A stretch of 38,354 nucleotides of DNA from Clostridiales bacterium. GTDB taxonomy: Bacteria > Bacillota > Clostridia > Lachnospirales > WRAX01. Within the stretch, counting starts at the first letter, position 1; every line of letters begins with the position of its first letter. Location of the stretch: contig JAITMW010000139.1 in the NCBI GenBank assembly GCA_031277155.1, forward strand, positions 1-38,354, in the 5' to 3' direction. Under the pieces are notes generated by a model that worked only from the letters and a program-made list of their open reading frames with translations, had not been told where the DNA came from and searched no databases. Below, in pieces: positions 17,853-25,778 of this stretch. The position numbers and the translations under genes are program-made.

Positions 17853-17881
17853 ATTATATATCTAATCCTGGGTTGCGTCAA
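17853..17881 (-). promoter_or_regulatory. Sigma-A type promoter for the mrp operon: TTGACG-N17-TATAAT (minus strand)
   Basis: On the plus strand ATTATA lies at 17853-17858 and CGTCAA at 17876-17881. The spacer is exactly 17 nt. Confidence 0.6.
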
Positions 17882-17924
17882 GGGCAATTGACAAAAAAAG
17901 CTGTTGCGTGGAAAAATTTTGTTG

Positions 17925-17953
17925 GTATAAACTGTGTGGCCAAGGAAAAAATA
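17925..17953 (+). promoter_or_regulatory. Candidate forespore-type (sigma-F/G-like) promoter for sigG: GTATA-N14-GGAAAAAATA
   Basis: It resembles the remembered consensus GCATR-N15-GGnRAnAnT (sigma-F) and GHATR at -35 (sigma-G). The match is imperfect, with the GG offset by 1 nt. Confidence 0.35.
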
Positions 17954-17986
17954 TCAAGTACACCACAAACATCAGGAGGAAGCTCG

Positions 17987-18760
17987 ATGAATACAAAGGT
18001 GGAGATTTGCGGAGTAAACACGGCCAAGCTGCCCGTGCTGAAAACAGATGAAAAAGAGGCCCTTTTCGCCAGAATTTTGCAGGGCGACGAGGAAGCACGC
18101 CAAGAATATATTTATGGCAACCTGCGCCTGGTTTTAAGTGTCATACAGCGCTTTAACAACCGCGGCGAAAACATAGACGATGTCTTTCAAGTGGGCTGCA
18201 TCGGCCTAATCAAGGCCATTGACAACTTTGACACATCCCATGGCGTAAAATTTTCAACATATGCGGTGCCAATGATAATCGGCGAGATACGCAGATATCT
18301 GCGCGACAATAATTCCATACGCGTCTCGCGCTCGTTGCGCGACATTGCCTATAAGGCCCTACAGGCCAAGGAGAGGCTGATAAACCAGAATTCTAAGGAG
18401 CCAACGGTGGAAGAAATTGCCAAGGAGCTGGGCATAGAGCAGCACGAGGTTGTCTTTGCGCTGGACGCCATCCAAGACCCCGTATCCCTTTTCGAGCCTG
18501 TCTACCACGACGGCGCCGACGCGCTGTTTGTCATGGACCAGGTGAGCGACGACAAAAACACCGACGCAACCTGGCTGGAGAACATCTCCCTAAACGAAGC
18601 CCTAAAACGCCTGGGCGAAAGGGAAAAGCACATACTTACCCTGCGCTTTTTCGAGGGCAAGACCCAGATGGAAGTGGCGGAGGAAATAGGTATTTCTCAG
18701 GCACAGGTAAGCCGGCTGGAGAAAAACGCATTAAAAAATATGAAGAAATATATATCGTAA
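17987..18760 (+). CDS. sigG: Sporulation sigma factor SigG
   Basis: Near-collinear with B. subtilis SigG as I remember it (KVEICGV.T.KLPVLK; GNLRLVLSVIQRFNNRGE; FSTYAVPMIIGEIRRYLRDNN.IRVSRSLRDIAYKALQ; GKTQMEVAEEIGISQAQVSRLEK). ATG 17987 follows AGGAGGA. Confidence 0.9.
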   Translation: MNTKVEICGVNTAKLPVLKTDEKEALFARILQGDEEARQEYIYGNLRLVLSVIQRFNNRGENIDDVFQVGCIGLIKAIDNFDTSHGVKFSTYAVPMIIGEIRRYLRDNNSIRVSRSLRDIAYKALQAKERLINQNSKEPTVEEIAKELGIEQHEVVFALDAIQDPVSLFEPVYHDGADALFVMDQVSDDKNTDATWLENISLNEALKRLGEREKHILTLRFFEGKTQMEVAEEIGISQAQVSRLEKNALKNMKKYIS

Positions 18761-18780
18761 AAGCACGACAAAAGTTGCCC

Positions 18781-20136
18781 CTACATCTGCGCCCGGTTAT
18801 CCCTCTTGCGCAATATGTCAATCAAATTTTCATAGGTATTGGCATCGGGGTTTTTAAGCACCACGCCCATCAAATATTGCAGATGCTCCCCTACGGCGGC
18901 GGAGGGCGCAATCCCCAGCACATCCATCACATCACGGCCGCTGATGGCCAGGTCGCTTATTTTCACAGGCTCATGGTTGGCTATGATGTCTTCCAGCAAA
19001 GCCTTTGCCGCCAGCACATCTTGCAATTTCTCGCTCTTGGCCTTGTGGCTTTTGGCCATATTGTCCGCCGCCTGAAAGTTTAGTATATCGCGGGATGCAT
19101 CAGGCCCCAGCTTGTTCAACAGGCGCTTTACGGCGGTTCTTTTTGTGCCGAAATTCATGCTGTGGTGCTTGATTATGGTCAGCACACGGTTTGTGGTATG
19201 GTTGTCAAATCGCCAATGCTCCAGGGCTTTGGCCGCAATTCTTAAAGACACCGCCTCATGCCCGTAAAAATGATGTACACCCCCATTGTCGGTGGTTCTG
19301 GTGTGCAGCTTGCCCGTGTCATGATACAGCGCGGCCAGGCGCAGCGCGGCATCGGGCGGGGTATTGCGCAGGACGTGAAAGCTGTGCCGCAGCACATCAT
19401 GGCAATGATAGGGATTGTGCTGCTCAAAGCCCGCCAGCGCGACAATTTCAGGAAAAAGCGCGCCGCCGCAGTCCTCAAAAAACATCTCTATCCCGTCAAA
19501 GTCGTCAGACAGCAGCATCCTCATAAATTCGACACGGACGCGCTCCACGGCAATATTGCGCAGATTTTCACGCCCCATTACGGCGGCGCGGCGCACATCT
19601 GGCGCAAGGCCAAAGCCCAGCGTGGCCGCAAAGCGATATGCGCGCATTATGCGCAGATAGTCCTCGGCGAAGCGCGTCTTTGCGTCGCCCACACAACGCA
19701 CCACGCCGGCTTTCACGTCATTGTGCCCGCCAAAATAGTCAACCAGGCCGATTTTGTCATTATAGGCCATGGCATTTATTGTAAAATCCCGGCGGCAAAG
19801 GTCCTCGCGCAAATCCTCTGTAAAGCTGACGGAATCAGGCCGCCGCCCGTCTGCATATGGGCCGTCAATTCGATATGTGGTCACTTCGTAATACTTTCCG
19901 CCTGCATTTACGGCCACGGTGCCGTGCCTCTCGCCGATATCAATCATCTTGCGCCCCGCAAACACGGCCTTTACCTCCTGGGGCCGCGCCCCCGTGGTTA
20001 TGTCCCAATCCTCTGCTTCGCGCCCCATCAGGCAATCACGCACACAGCCGCCCACAACATAGGCGTCAAAGCCGCGGGCGGCCAGCTTTTGAATTATCTC
20101 GGCGGCCCCGAAAGGCATGTCTATCTTCATTATCAT
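18781..20136 (-). CDS. cca: CCA-adding tRNA nucleotidyltransferase with HD domain
   Basis: The N-terminus GFDAYVVGGCVRDCLMGRE..DWDITT is the polymerase-beta nucleotidyltransferase signature. An HD region is present (LYHDTGK). ATG 20136 overlaps the stop of the upstream gene (ATGA); the alternative ATG 20130 has better SD spacing. Confidence 0.9.
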   Translation of the reverse strand: MIMKIDMPFGAAEIIQKLAARGFDAYVVGGCVRDCLMGREAEDWDITTGARPQEVKAVFAGRKMIDIGERHGTVAVNAGGKYYEVTTYRIDGPYADGRRPDSVSFTEDLREDLCRRDFTINAMAYNDKIGLVDYFGGHNDVKAGVVRCVGDAKTRFAEDYLRIMRAYRFAATLGFGLAPDVRRAAVMGRENLRNIAVERVRVEFMRMLLSDDFDGIEMFFEDCGGALFPEIVALAGFEQHNPYHCHDVLRHSFHVLRNTPPDAALRLAALYHDTGKLHTRTTDNGGVHHFYGHEAVSLRIAAKALEHWRFDNHTTNRVLTIIKHHSMNFGTKRTAVKRLLNKLGPDASRDILNFQAADNMAKSHKAKSEKLQDVLAAKALLEDIIANHEPVKISDLAISGRDVMDVLGIAPSAAVGEHLQYLMGVVLKNPDANTYENLIDILRKRDNRAQM

Positions 20137-21305
20137 TCATTCCCCAAATGGTCAAAATAGCCTTTAATAAACACAAACGGCGTGCCCTTAGAGCCGCTTC
20201 CGGACGTAAGGTCGCACAAACTGCCCACCAAATCCACAATTCTGCGCGGGGTGGTGCCGCCTTTTTCAAGAGCATCACCGCTTTGGGTTTTCAGGTGGTC
20301 TTTTATGGCCAAATTAAGCGCATCGCCCGAAAGATTGGCAAATTTGCTGTCCGCCAGATATTTTATCTTGGTTTCATTGGGCAGCCCCGCCAGGCCCTCT
20401 GTAAATCCCGGCGAGATTACCGGGTCTGCCAGCTCCCAGATAAAGGCGACGGGGTCTTTAAATCCGCCGTCACCATACACCAGCACCTCTATGCTCTTGC
20501 CGGTCTTTTGAAAAATCAGCTCTTTCACTTTGTTCACAAATTTGTCCGCGTCCCGCGGAAACAGCTTAAGCTGGGTATCATTTGCGGTGTTGGAGCCTAA
20601 GAGGCCAAATTGTGGGTTATGTCCGCTGCCGTCTATGCCTGTGTTTAAAATTTCATCCAGAGCATACAATGTCTTTGCGCCGGCCTTGCGTAGGATTTCT
20701 TTGGTCAAGCCTCTTGTGTGTATGTCGCATACCAAAACACTTTTGGTATGTTTCAAAATTTCGGTTGGATTGTTCGCCATGATGATGCTTGTATTGCCTA
20801 TGTTCCTATACATGTCGATATAGTCCACATGGGTGAAGGGGTGCTTACATTCGCCAAAAATATCAATGAATTCGTCAGCTGTGAAAACATCGCTCCAGGG
20901 ATTGACCGACGACGCGATTATCTGCTCCATAGTAACCAAGGGATTGCCAACCTCATCGGAAGGATAGCTCAACTGAATTGTAATCTTCTTGTTTGTCAGG
21001 GCGACGCCCTTTAAAATCATCGAAAATCTGTTTCTGCTCATAATCGGGAAAATCAGCCCGATGTGGCTGTCATTAAATTTTGCGTCTATATCCCTTGCTA
21101 TGTCCCGGGTTGTGGCGTAATTTCCCTGTGTCCTCGCAAGCACAGCCTCCGTCACGCCCAAAATATCATTATCATCAATGGAAAACCCCTCCTTTTGCGC
21201 CGCCGACAAAAGAATATCCACGCATATGCCTGTCAAATCGTCCCCTTCTCTTAAAATGGGCGACCTTAAGCCTCTTACCACTGTCCCGCATGTCCTGGCC
21301 ATCAT
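20133..21305 (-). CDS. CofE-like (F420-0:gamma-glutamyl ligase family) protein, about 390 aa
   Basis: RGLRSPILREGDDL...DNDILGVTEAVLARTQGNY, and later KSIEVLVYGDGGFKDP and LTSGSGSKGTPFVFIKG, align with CofE motifs as I remember them. I chose ATG 21305 (GGAGG 8 nt upstream) over 21320. Confidence 0.6.
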   Translation of the reverse strand: MMARTCGTVVRGLRSPILREGDDLTGICVDILLSAAQKEGFSIDDNDILGVTEAVLARTQGNYATTRDIARDIDAKFNDSHIGLIFPIMSRNRFSMILKGVALTNKKITIQLSYPSDEVGNPLVTMEQIIASSVNPWSDVFTADEFIDIFGECKHPFTHVDYIDMYRNIGNTSIIMANNPTEILKHTKSVLVCDIHTRGLTKEILRKAGAKTLYALDEILNTGIDGSGHNPQFGLLGSNTANDTQLKLFPRDADKFVNKVKELIFQKTGKSIEVLVYGDGGFKDPVAFIWELADPVISPGFTEGLAGLPNETKIKYLADSKFANLSGDALNLAIKDHLKTQSGDALEKGGTTPRRIVDLVGSLCDLTSGSGSKGTPFVFIKGYFDHLGNE

Positions 21306-21323
21306 AATACACACCTCCATTTT

Positions 21324-21364
21324 CCAAAAGAAAAATAACCGCCGGCTGTTGAAGCAGCGGTTAT
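21324..21364 (-). terminator. Intrinsic terminator-like hairpin immediately upstream of the CofE-like SD; probably an attenuator
   Basis: The minus strand reads ATAACCGC-14 nt-GCGGTTAT followed by TTTTTCTTTT. On the plus strand the stem arms are 21335-21342 and 21357-21364. Confidence 0.6.
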
Positions 21365-21397
21365 CGAAATATCATCGCACTATATGCCAACCGCTCT

Positions 21398-21428
21398 CAA
21401 GTTTGCGCCCGCATTTGGCGCAAACTTG
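21398..21428 (-). promoter_or_regulatory. Perfect 11-bp hairpin in the leader (CAAGTTTGCGC-9 nt-GCGCAAACTTG)
   Basis: Read directly. It lies between the promoter at 21448-21476 and the terminator-like hairpin. Confidence 0.6.
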
Positions 21429-21447
21429 CAGGATTGCCCTTCGTGTA

Positions 21448-21476
21448 ATTTTACCACGCATATTGCGTATTGTCAA
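21448..21476 (-). promoter_or_regulatory. Sigma-A type promoter TTGACA-N17-TAAAAT (minus strand), overlapping the ATPase stop codon
   Basis: On the plus strand TGTCAA lies at 21471-21476 and ATTTTA at 21448-21453, with a 17-nt spacer. It would give a leader of about 135 nt before ATG 21305. Confidence 0.55.
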
Positions 21477-24121
21477 TGACTTTTTATTTGGCTCGTTTTT
21501 GGATATAGCAAAAACTTCTCAATTTCCACAATGATTATGGGCAAAAGCGACAGCGCCGCCACAACCAGCCAGCCCTCCGCGGGCAGCGGCACAACGCGGA
21601 AGATGCCCGCGATGGGCGCAAAGGATATCACGCTGGCTTGCAGCGCAATGCCGATGAAAAGCGCGCCCACCAGATATCTGTTTTCAAAGATGGGTATGCG
21701 CAATATGGATGTTTCGCTGCGCATGTTAAAGGCGTGTACCAGCTGCGATATGCTGAGGGTGGCAAAGGCCATTGTGCGGCCATAGGCCACGCTGTCGCCC
21801 ATGTCAAAATAGGTGACGCCCACGCCAAAGGCAATTAAAGACAGCATCCCTATCATGGCGCCTTCCAAAAATATCCTCTGCCACAGTTTGCGGTTAAAAA
21901 GCCCTGTGCGCGATGTTTTTGGGCGGCCCTGCATTATATTGTCAGACACGGGGTCCAACCCCAGCGCAATGGCGGGCAAAGAATCCGTCACAAGATTAAC
22001 CCACAGCAGATGTATGGCCAATAAAGGCACCTGCCAGCCCAGCATCACCGCCATAAATATCGTGATGATTTCGCCGATGTTTGAAGACAGCAGAAAATGC
22101 ACGGCCTTGCGAATATTCGTAAGGATGCCGCGCCCTTCTTCCACGGCATGGACAATTGTGGCAAAATTGTCGTCCGTCAGCACAATATCCGCCGCGCCCT
22201 TGGCCACCTCCGTGCCATTTATGCCCATGGCACAGCCAATGTCGGCAGCCTTCAGCGCCGGCGCGTCATTAACCCCATCCCCCGTCATGGCCACAACATG
22301 GCCGTTTTTTTGATATGCCTTGACAATGCGCATTTTATGCTCCGGCGATACCCGGGCAAAAACCGCGCTATGCTCCACAACGCTCTCCAGCTCCTTTTGC
22401 GAAAGGCCCGCGATATCCTCCCCCGTCACGGCCACATCCCCATAGCCAAAACCGATGCCGATGGACCGCGCCACAGCCAGCGCCGTCTGGGGATGGTCGC
22501 CGGTAATCATAACGGGGCGTATGCCCGCCATTTTGCATGTGGCCACGGCCTCGCGCACCTCCGGCCGCGGCGGGTCCATCATGCCCACAAGCCCCATAAA
22601 AATCAAATTTTCTTCGAGGCTGTCAAATTGAAGCCCTTGGGGCGCGGCATCCAGCCGCCGAAACGACACAGCCAGCACACGCAAAGCCCTGCCCGCCATT
22701 TTGCCCACATGCCTCAAAATTTCATTACGCCGCAGGGTCGTCATGGCGCGAACCTTGCCGTTTTCAAAATAATGCGTGCAGCGCCCCAAAAGCACATCCG
22801 GCGCGCCCTTCGTAACAGACATAAAGCCCGCGGCGTCACGATGCACCGTGGTCATCAGCTTTCGCTTGGAATCAAACGGAATCTCCGCAATCCGCTGTTT
22901 TTCATCCTCAAGGCAGCTTTTGTCCAGCCCATATTCCAGCAAAGATGTGATAAACGCGGCCTCTGTGGGGTCCCCCATCACCTGCCCCTCGTTCACAGAG
23001 CTGTCATTGCAAAGGGCCCCCAGTTTGATAATATCCACACCCATGGGGCTGTCATGCCGCAAACTGCCGCTTCCTGCCGAAATTTCAACTATGCGCATAC
23101 GATTTTGCGTCAGCGTGCCCGTTTTATCACTGCAAATGACAGTGGCGCTGCCCAGCGTCTCCACGGCGGGCAGCTTGCGTATGATGGCACTGCGCCGCGC
23201 CATACGCGTCACGCCAATGGCCAGCATAATTGTGACAATGGCCACCAGCCCCTCGGGTATGGCCGCCACAGCCAGCGATACCGACGTGATAAACATCTCC
23301 ATTGGCGGAATTTGCCTGTAAATACCGATGGCAAAAATGATGGCGCAGATGATAAGGGCCGCTACCCCCAAAATCTTGCCCGTTTCCGCCAGCTTGCGCT
23401 GCAACGGCGTTTCGGGGGCCTTTTCGCCCATGATAAGGCTGGCTATTTTGCCCATTTCCGTGCCCATACCGGTGCCTGTGGCTATGCCGCGCCCGCGCCC
23501 ATATGTAATGGACGAGCCGGAAAATACCATATTTATTCTGTCGCCCAGGGGCGCGCTTTCCGCCACAATGGCGTCGGCGTCCTTCTCCACCGGGGCAGAT
23601 TCGCCTGTCAGGGCGCTTTCTTCGCATTTTAAATTTACGGCAGAAACCAGCCGCAAATCCGCCGGCACAATGTCCCCCGTCTCCAGATATACAATATCCC
23701 CCGGCACGATATCTTCAACCTTTATGACCATAGCTTGTCCATCTCTTAAGACCTTGGCCTCGGGCTGCGAAATCTGCTTCAGCGCAGCAAGGGCCTTGGC
23801 GGCACGGCTTTCCTGCACCAAACCCAAAATGGCGTTAAGCACAACTATGGCCAAAATCACCAGGGGCTCCGCCAGGCTCTCCTCGCCATGCATACGACCG
23901 GCCACATAGCTAAGCCCCGCCGCAAACAGCAAAACAATCACCATAAAATTGTTAAACTGCGCGAAAAAGCGGACAATCAGCGGTGCCTCCCGCCTGCCCT
24001 GTATCACATTGCGCCCATGCTCTTGCAGGCGGCTTTTCACCTGGGCCGCCTGCAAACCCCTGCCCTTATCCGACTTATGCCACGCCAGCGCAAATTCTGC
24101 GGATTTGTTGTGCCAGTTCAT
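21473..24121 (-). CDS. P-type (type IIA, Ca2+-transporting, YloB/SERCA-like) ATPase
   Basis: 882 aa with motifs CSDKTGTLTQN, PEGL (IPEGLVAIVT), TGDGVNDAPALK and MITGDHPQTA. Calcium specificity is inferred from overall similarity only. Confidence 0.85.
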   Translation of the reverse strand: MNWHNKSAEFALAWHKSDKGRGLQAAQVKSRLQEHGRNVIQGRREAPLIVRFFAQFNNFMVIVLLFAAGLSYVAGRMHGEESLAEPLVILAIVVLNAILGLVQESRAAKALAALKQISQPEAKVLRDGQAMVIKVEDIVPGDIVYLETGDIVPADLRLVSAVNLKCEESALTGESAPVEKDADAIVAESAPLGDRINMVFSGSSITYGRGRGIATGTGMGTEMGKIASLIMGEKAPETPLQRKLAETGKILGVAALIICAIIFAIGIYRQIPPMEMFITSVSLAVAAIPEGLVAIVTIMLAIGVTRMARRSAIIRKLPAVETLGSATVICSDKTGTLTQNRMRIVEISAGSGSLRHDSPMGVDIIKLGALCNDSSVNEGQVMGDPTEAAFITSLLEYGLDKSCLEDEKQRIAEIPFDSKRKLMTTVHRDAAGFMSVTKGAPDVLLGRCTHYFENGKVRAMTTLRRNEILRHVGKMAGRALRVLAVSFRRLDAAPQGLQFDSLEENLIFMGLVGMMDPPRPEVREAVATCKMAGIRPVMITGDHPQTALAVARSIGIGFGYGDVAVTGEDIAGLSQKELESVVEHSAVFARVSPEHKMRIVKAYQKNGHVVAMTGDGVNDAPALKAADIGCAMGINGTEVAKGAADIVLTDDNFATIVHAVEEGRGILTNIRKAVHFLLSSNIGEIITIFMAVMLGWQVPLLAIHLLWVNLVTDSLPAIALGLDPVSDNIMQGRPKTSRTGLFNRKLWQRIFLEGAMIGMLSLIAFGVGVTYFDMGDSVAYGRTMAFATLSISQLVHAFNMRSETSILRIPIFENRYLVGALFIGIALQASVISFAPIAGIFRVVPLPAEGWLVVAALSLLPIIIVEIEKFLLYPKTSQIKSH

Positions 24122-24131
24122 AATATCGCCC

Positions 24132-25670
24132 TCACTTTTTAAACGACAGTATCATTCGCCTAATGTCATTTATTGTAACAATGCCCAAGAGCATGATAAA
24201 CGTCCCATAAAGCCCCATCAATAGCGCCATAGAGAACATAACGCCCAAAAGCTCGCCCAAGGCCGCGATATAATTGTTGTGCAGATAGTTTACTGCAAGC
24301 CCCGCCGCCAATGCCGCCAATGCCGGCTTTGCAAACCAGCGCAATATCTGCGGCGCAACATCCGTCACCTTTCTTATGCGCACAATATCAAACACCGTGA
24401 TTATCACAAGCCCCGCCAGCCAGCCCGCAAGAAAGGCCCACACGCCATAATGCGGCACCAAAAAGAATGTAAAGGCAATGTTAATCAGCGATGCCAAAAG
24501 GCTGTTGCGAAAGATGAAGACCTGCTCTCCCAGACCGTTCAGCACGCCCGAAAATGTGATGTTAAGATACCAAAACGGGCACATCAGCCCCAGCACCAGC
24601 AGATACATACCCAAATCCTGATTATACACCAGCCGCCCAATTTCATAGGGAAACACCACAAAGATAAGGCCTGCGCCAAAGGCAATGACGCTTGTAAAGA
24701 CAATGGATTTTGATATTGTGGAATTTACCTGACGAAACTGCCCCATGGCCAAACCCTCTGAAATTGAAGGCACCAAAGATATGGACAGGGCCACCAAAAT
24801 GGCTGAAGGAAAAAATATCAGCGGCATGGCCATGCCCGTCACCTTGCCAAAAACCGCCATGGCTTCTTCGGCGCTGTATCCCCAAAGCTGCAACCTTTGC
24901 GGTATCAGCACATTTTCCACCGCCGACAAAAATGACGATGATATGCGATTCAGCGTCAGCGGTGTCGCCATGGCCATTATGGCAAACAGCGCCTGATTTT
25001 GCGTCATCAGGGGCCGTTTGTAAGGCATCCGGCCCTTATACCGCCTATACGCCACATACACATATGCAAAGGACAGCGCCTCGCCCGCCACAATGCCGAT
25101 AACGGCGGCGGCGGCGGCATATTCCAGCCCGCGGGGGATAAATGTCCCCGCCAGCATCAAAATCACCGTCATCCGCGCCAATTGCTCTATCACCTGGCTG
25201 GCCGCCGGTATCACGGCCTTTTGCAATCCCAAAAAATAGCCCCGTATACAGGAGCCCGCCGCCATAAACACAAAGGCAGCAGACAAAATGCGCAAAGACA
25301 GCGCAATGCGCCCGTCATTTAAAATGCCTGCCGCGATGGGGTAAGCAAAAACAAACAGCACCAATGTCAAAACCGCCGCCAGCCCCGATGTTATCATCAA
25401 GGACTGCCTCAATAATCGCCGCATATTGCCAAATTCGCCTTTGGCTTGCTCTGCCGCCACCAATCTTGACAATGTAGTGGTTATGCCGCTGCAAGATATG
25501 GCCCATGCCAATGAATATATGGGCATAATCAGCTGAAACATCCCCATGCCCTCCGGCCCGATGGCCCCCGCCATAAAAATGCGATAGGCAAAGCCAATCA
25601 GCCGCGTCACGATGTTGGCAATGGTCAATGTCAGCGCGCCCGTAATCAATACCTTCTTGGAAAGTGCCAT
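24132..25670 (-). CDS. spoVB: MOP-superfamily flippase, SpoVB/MurJ-like
   Basis: Polytopic, about 512 aa. The N-terminus MALSKKVLITGALTLTIANIVTRLIGFAYRIFMAGAIGPEGMG resembles SpoVB. I chose ATG 25670 (GGGGGAA upstream). The ORF-track extension to 26084 runs antisense into obg. Confidence 0.7.
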   Translation of the reverse strand: MALSKKVLITGALTLTIANIVTRLIGFAYRIFMAGAIGPEGMGMFQLIMPIYSLAWAISCSGITTTLSRLVAAEQAKGEFGNMRRLLRQSLMITSGLAAVLTLVLFVFAYPIAAGILNDGRIALSLRILSAAFVFMAAGSCIRGYFLGLQKAVIPAASQVIEQLARMTVILMLAGTFIPRGLEYAAAAAVIGIVAGEALSFAYVYVAYRRYKGRMPYKRPLMTQNQALFAIMAMATPLTLNRISSSFLSAVENVLIPQRLQLWGYSAEEAMAVFGKVTGMAMPLIFFPSAILVALSISLVPSISEGLAMGQFRQVNSTISKSIVFTSVIAFGAGLIFVVFPYEIGRLVYNQDLGMYLLVLGLMCPFWYLNITFSGVLNGLGEQVFIFRNSLLASLINIAFTFFLVPHYGVWAFLAGWLAGLVIITVFDIVRIRKVTDVAPQILRWFAKPALAALAAGLAVNYLHNNYIAALGELLGVMFSMALLMGLYGTFIMLLGIVTINDIRRMILSFKK

Positions 25671-25695
25671 CAAATTCCCCCTGTAAAATCCTATG

Positions 25696-25707
25696 AGGAC
25701 ATGTCCT
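25696..25707. promoter_or_regulatory. Perfect 12-bp palindrome AGGACATGTCCT in the spoVB/obg divergent intergenic region
   Basis: Read directly. It has no loop, so it looks more like a dimeric protein-binding site than an RNA hairpin. Confidence 0.3.
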
Positions 25708-25750
25708 TTTATAGCACACAACTTTTTGACTGGATTTTTGTCGCTGAATG

Positions 25751-25759
25751 TGTTATAAT
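25751..25759 (+). promoter_or_regulatory. Extended -10 promoter element TGTTATAAT for obg
   Basis: TGnTATAAT at 25751-25759. The -35 is poor (TGGATT at 17 nt; TTGACT lies at 22 nt). SD GGAGG at 25767-25771, ATG at 25779. Confidence 0.45.
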
Positions 25760-25778
25760 GTATGATGGAGGTTTTCGC

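Noticed and set aside
19258-20160. 300-aa plus-strand ORF (and similar ORFs at 35814..36608, 4538..5170, 1221..2358 and 28032..28781)
   Set aside because: All are antisense to strongly supported genes and have composition typical of shadow frames.
22097-23632. 511-aa plus-strand ORF
   Set aside because: It is antisense to the P-type ATPase, whose motifs are unmistakable. The product is Arg/His/Ala-rich shadow translation. Its length is explained by the sense gene avoiding TTA, CTA and TCA codons.
25671-25778. Sigma-E type promoter (CATACATT or CATAGGAT boxes) for the spoVB-like gene
   Set aside because: The -10-like boxes are present, but I could not find a convincing -35 at the right spacing. 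Support is too weak to list as a feature.
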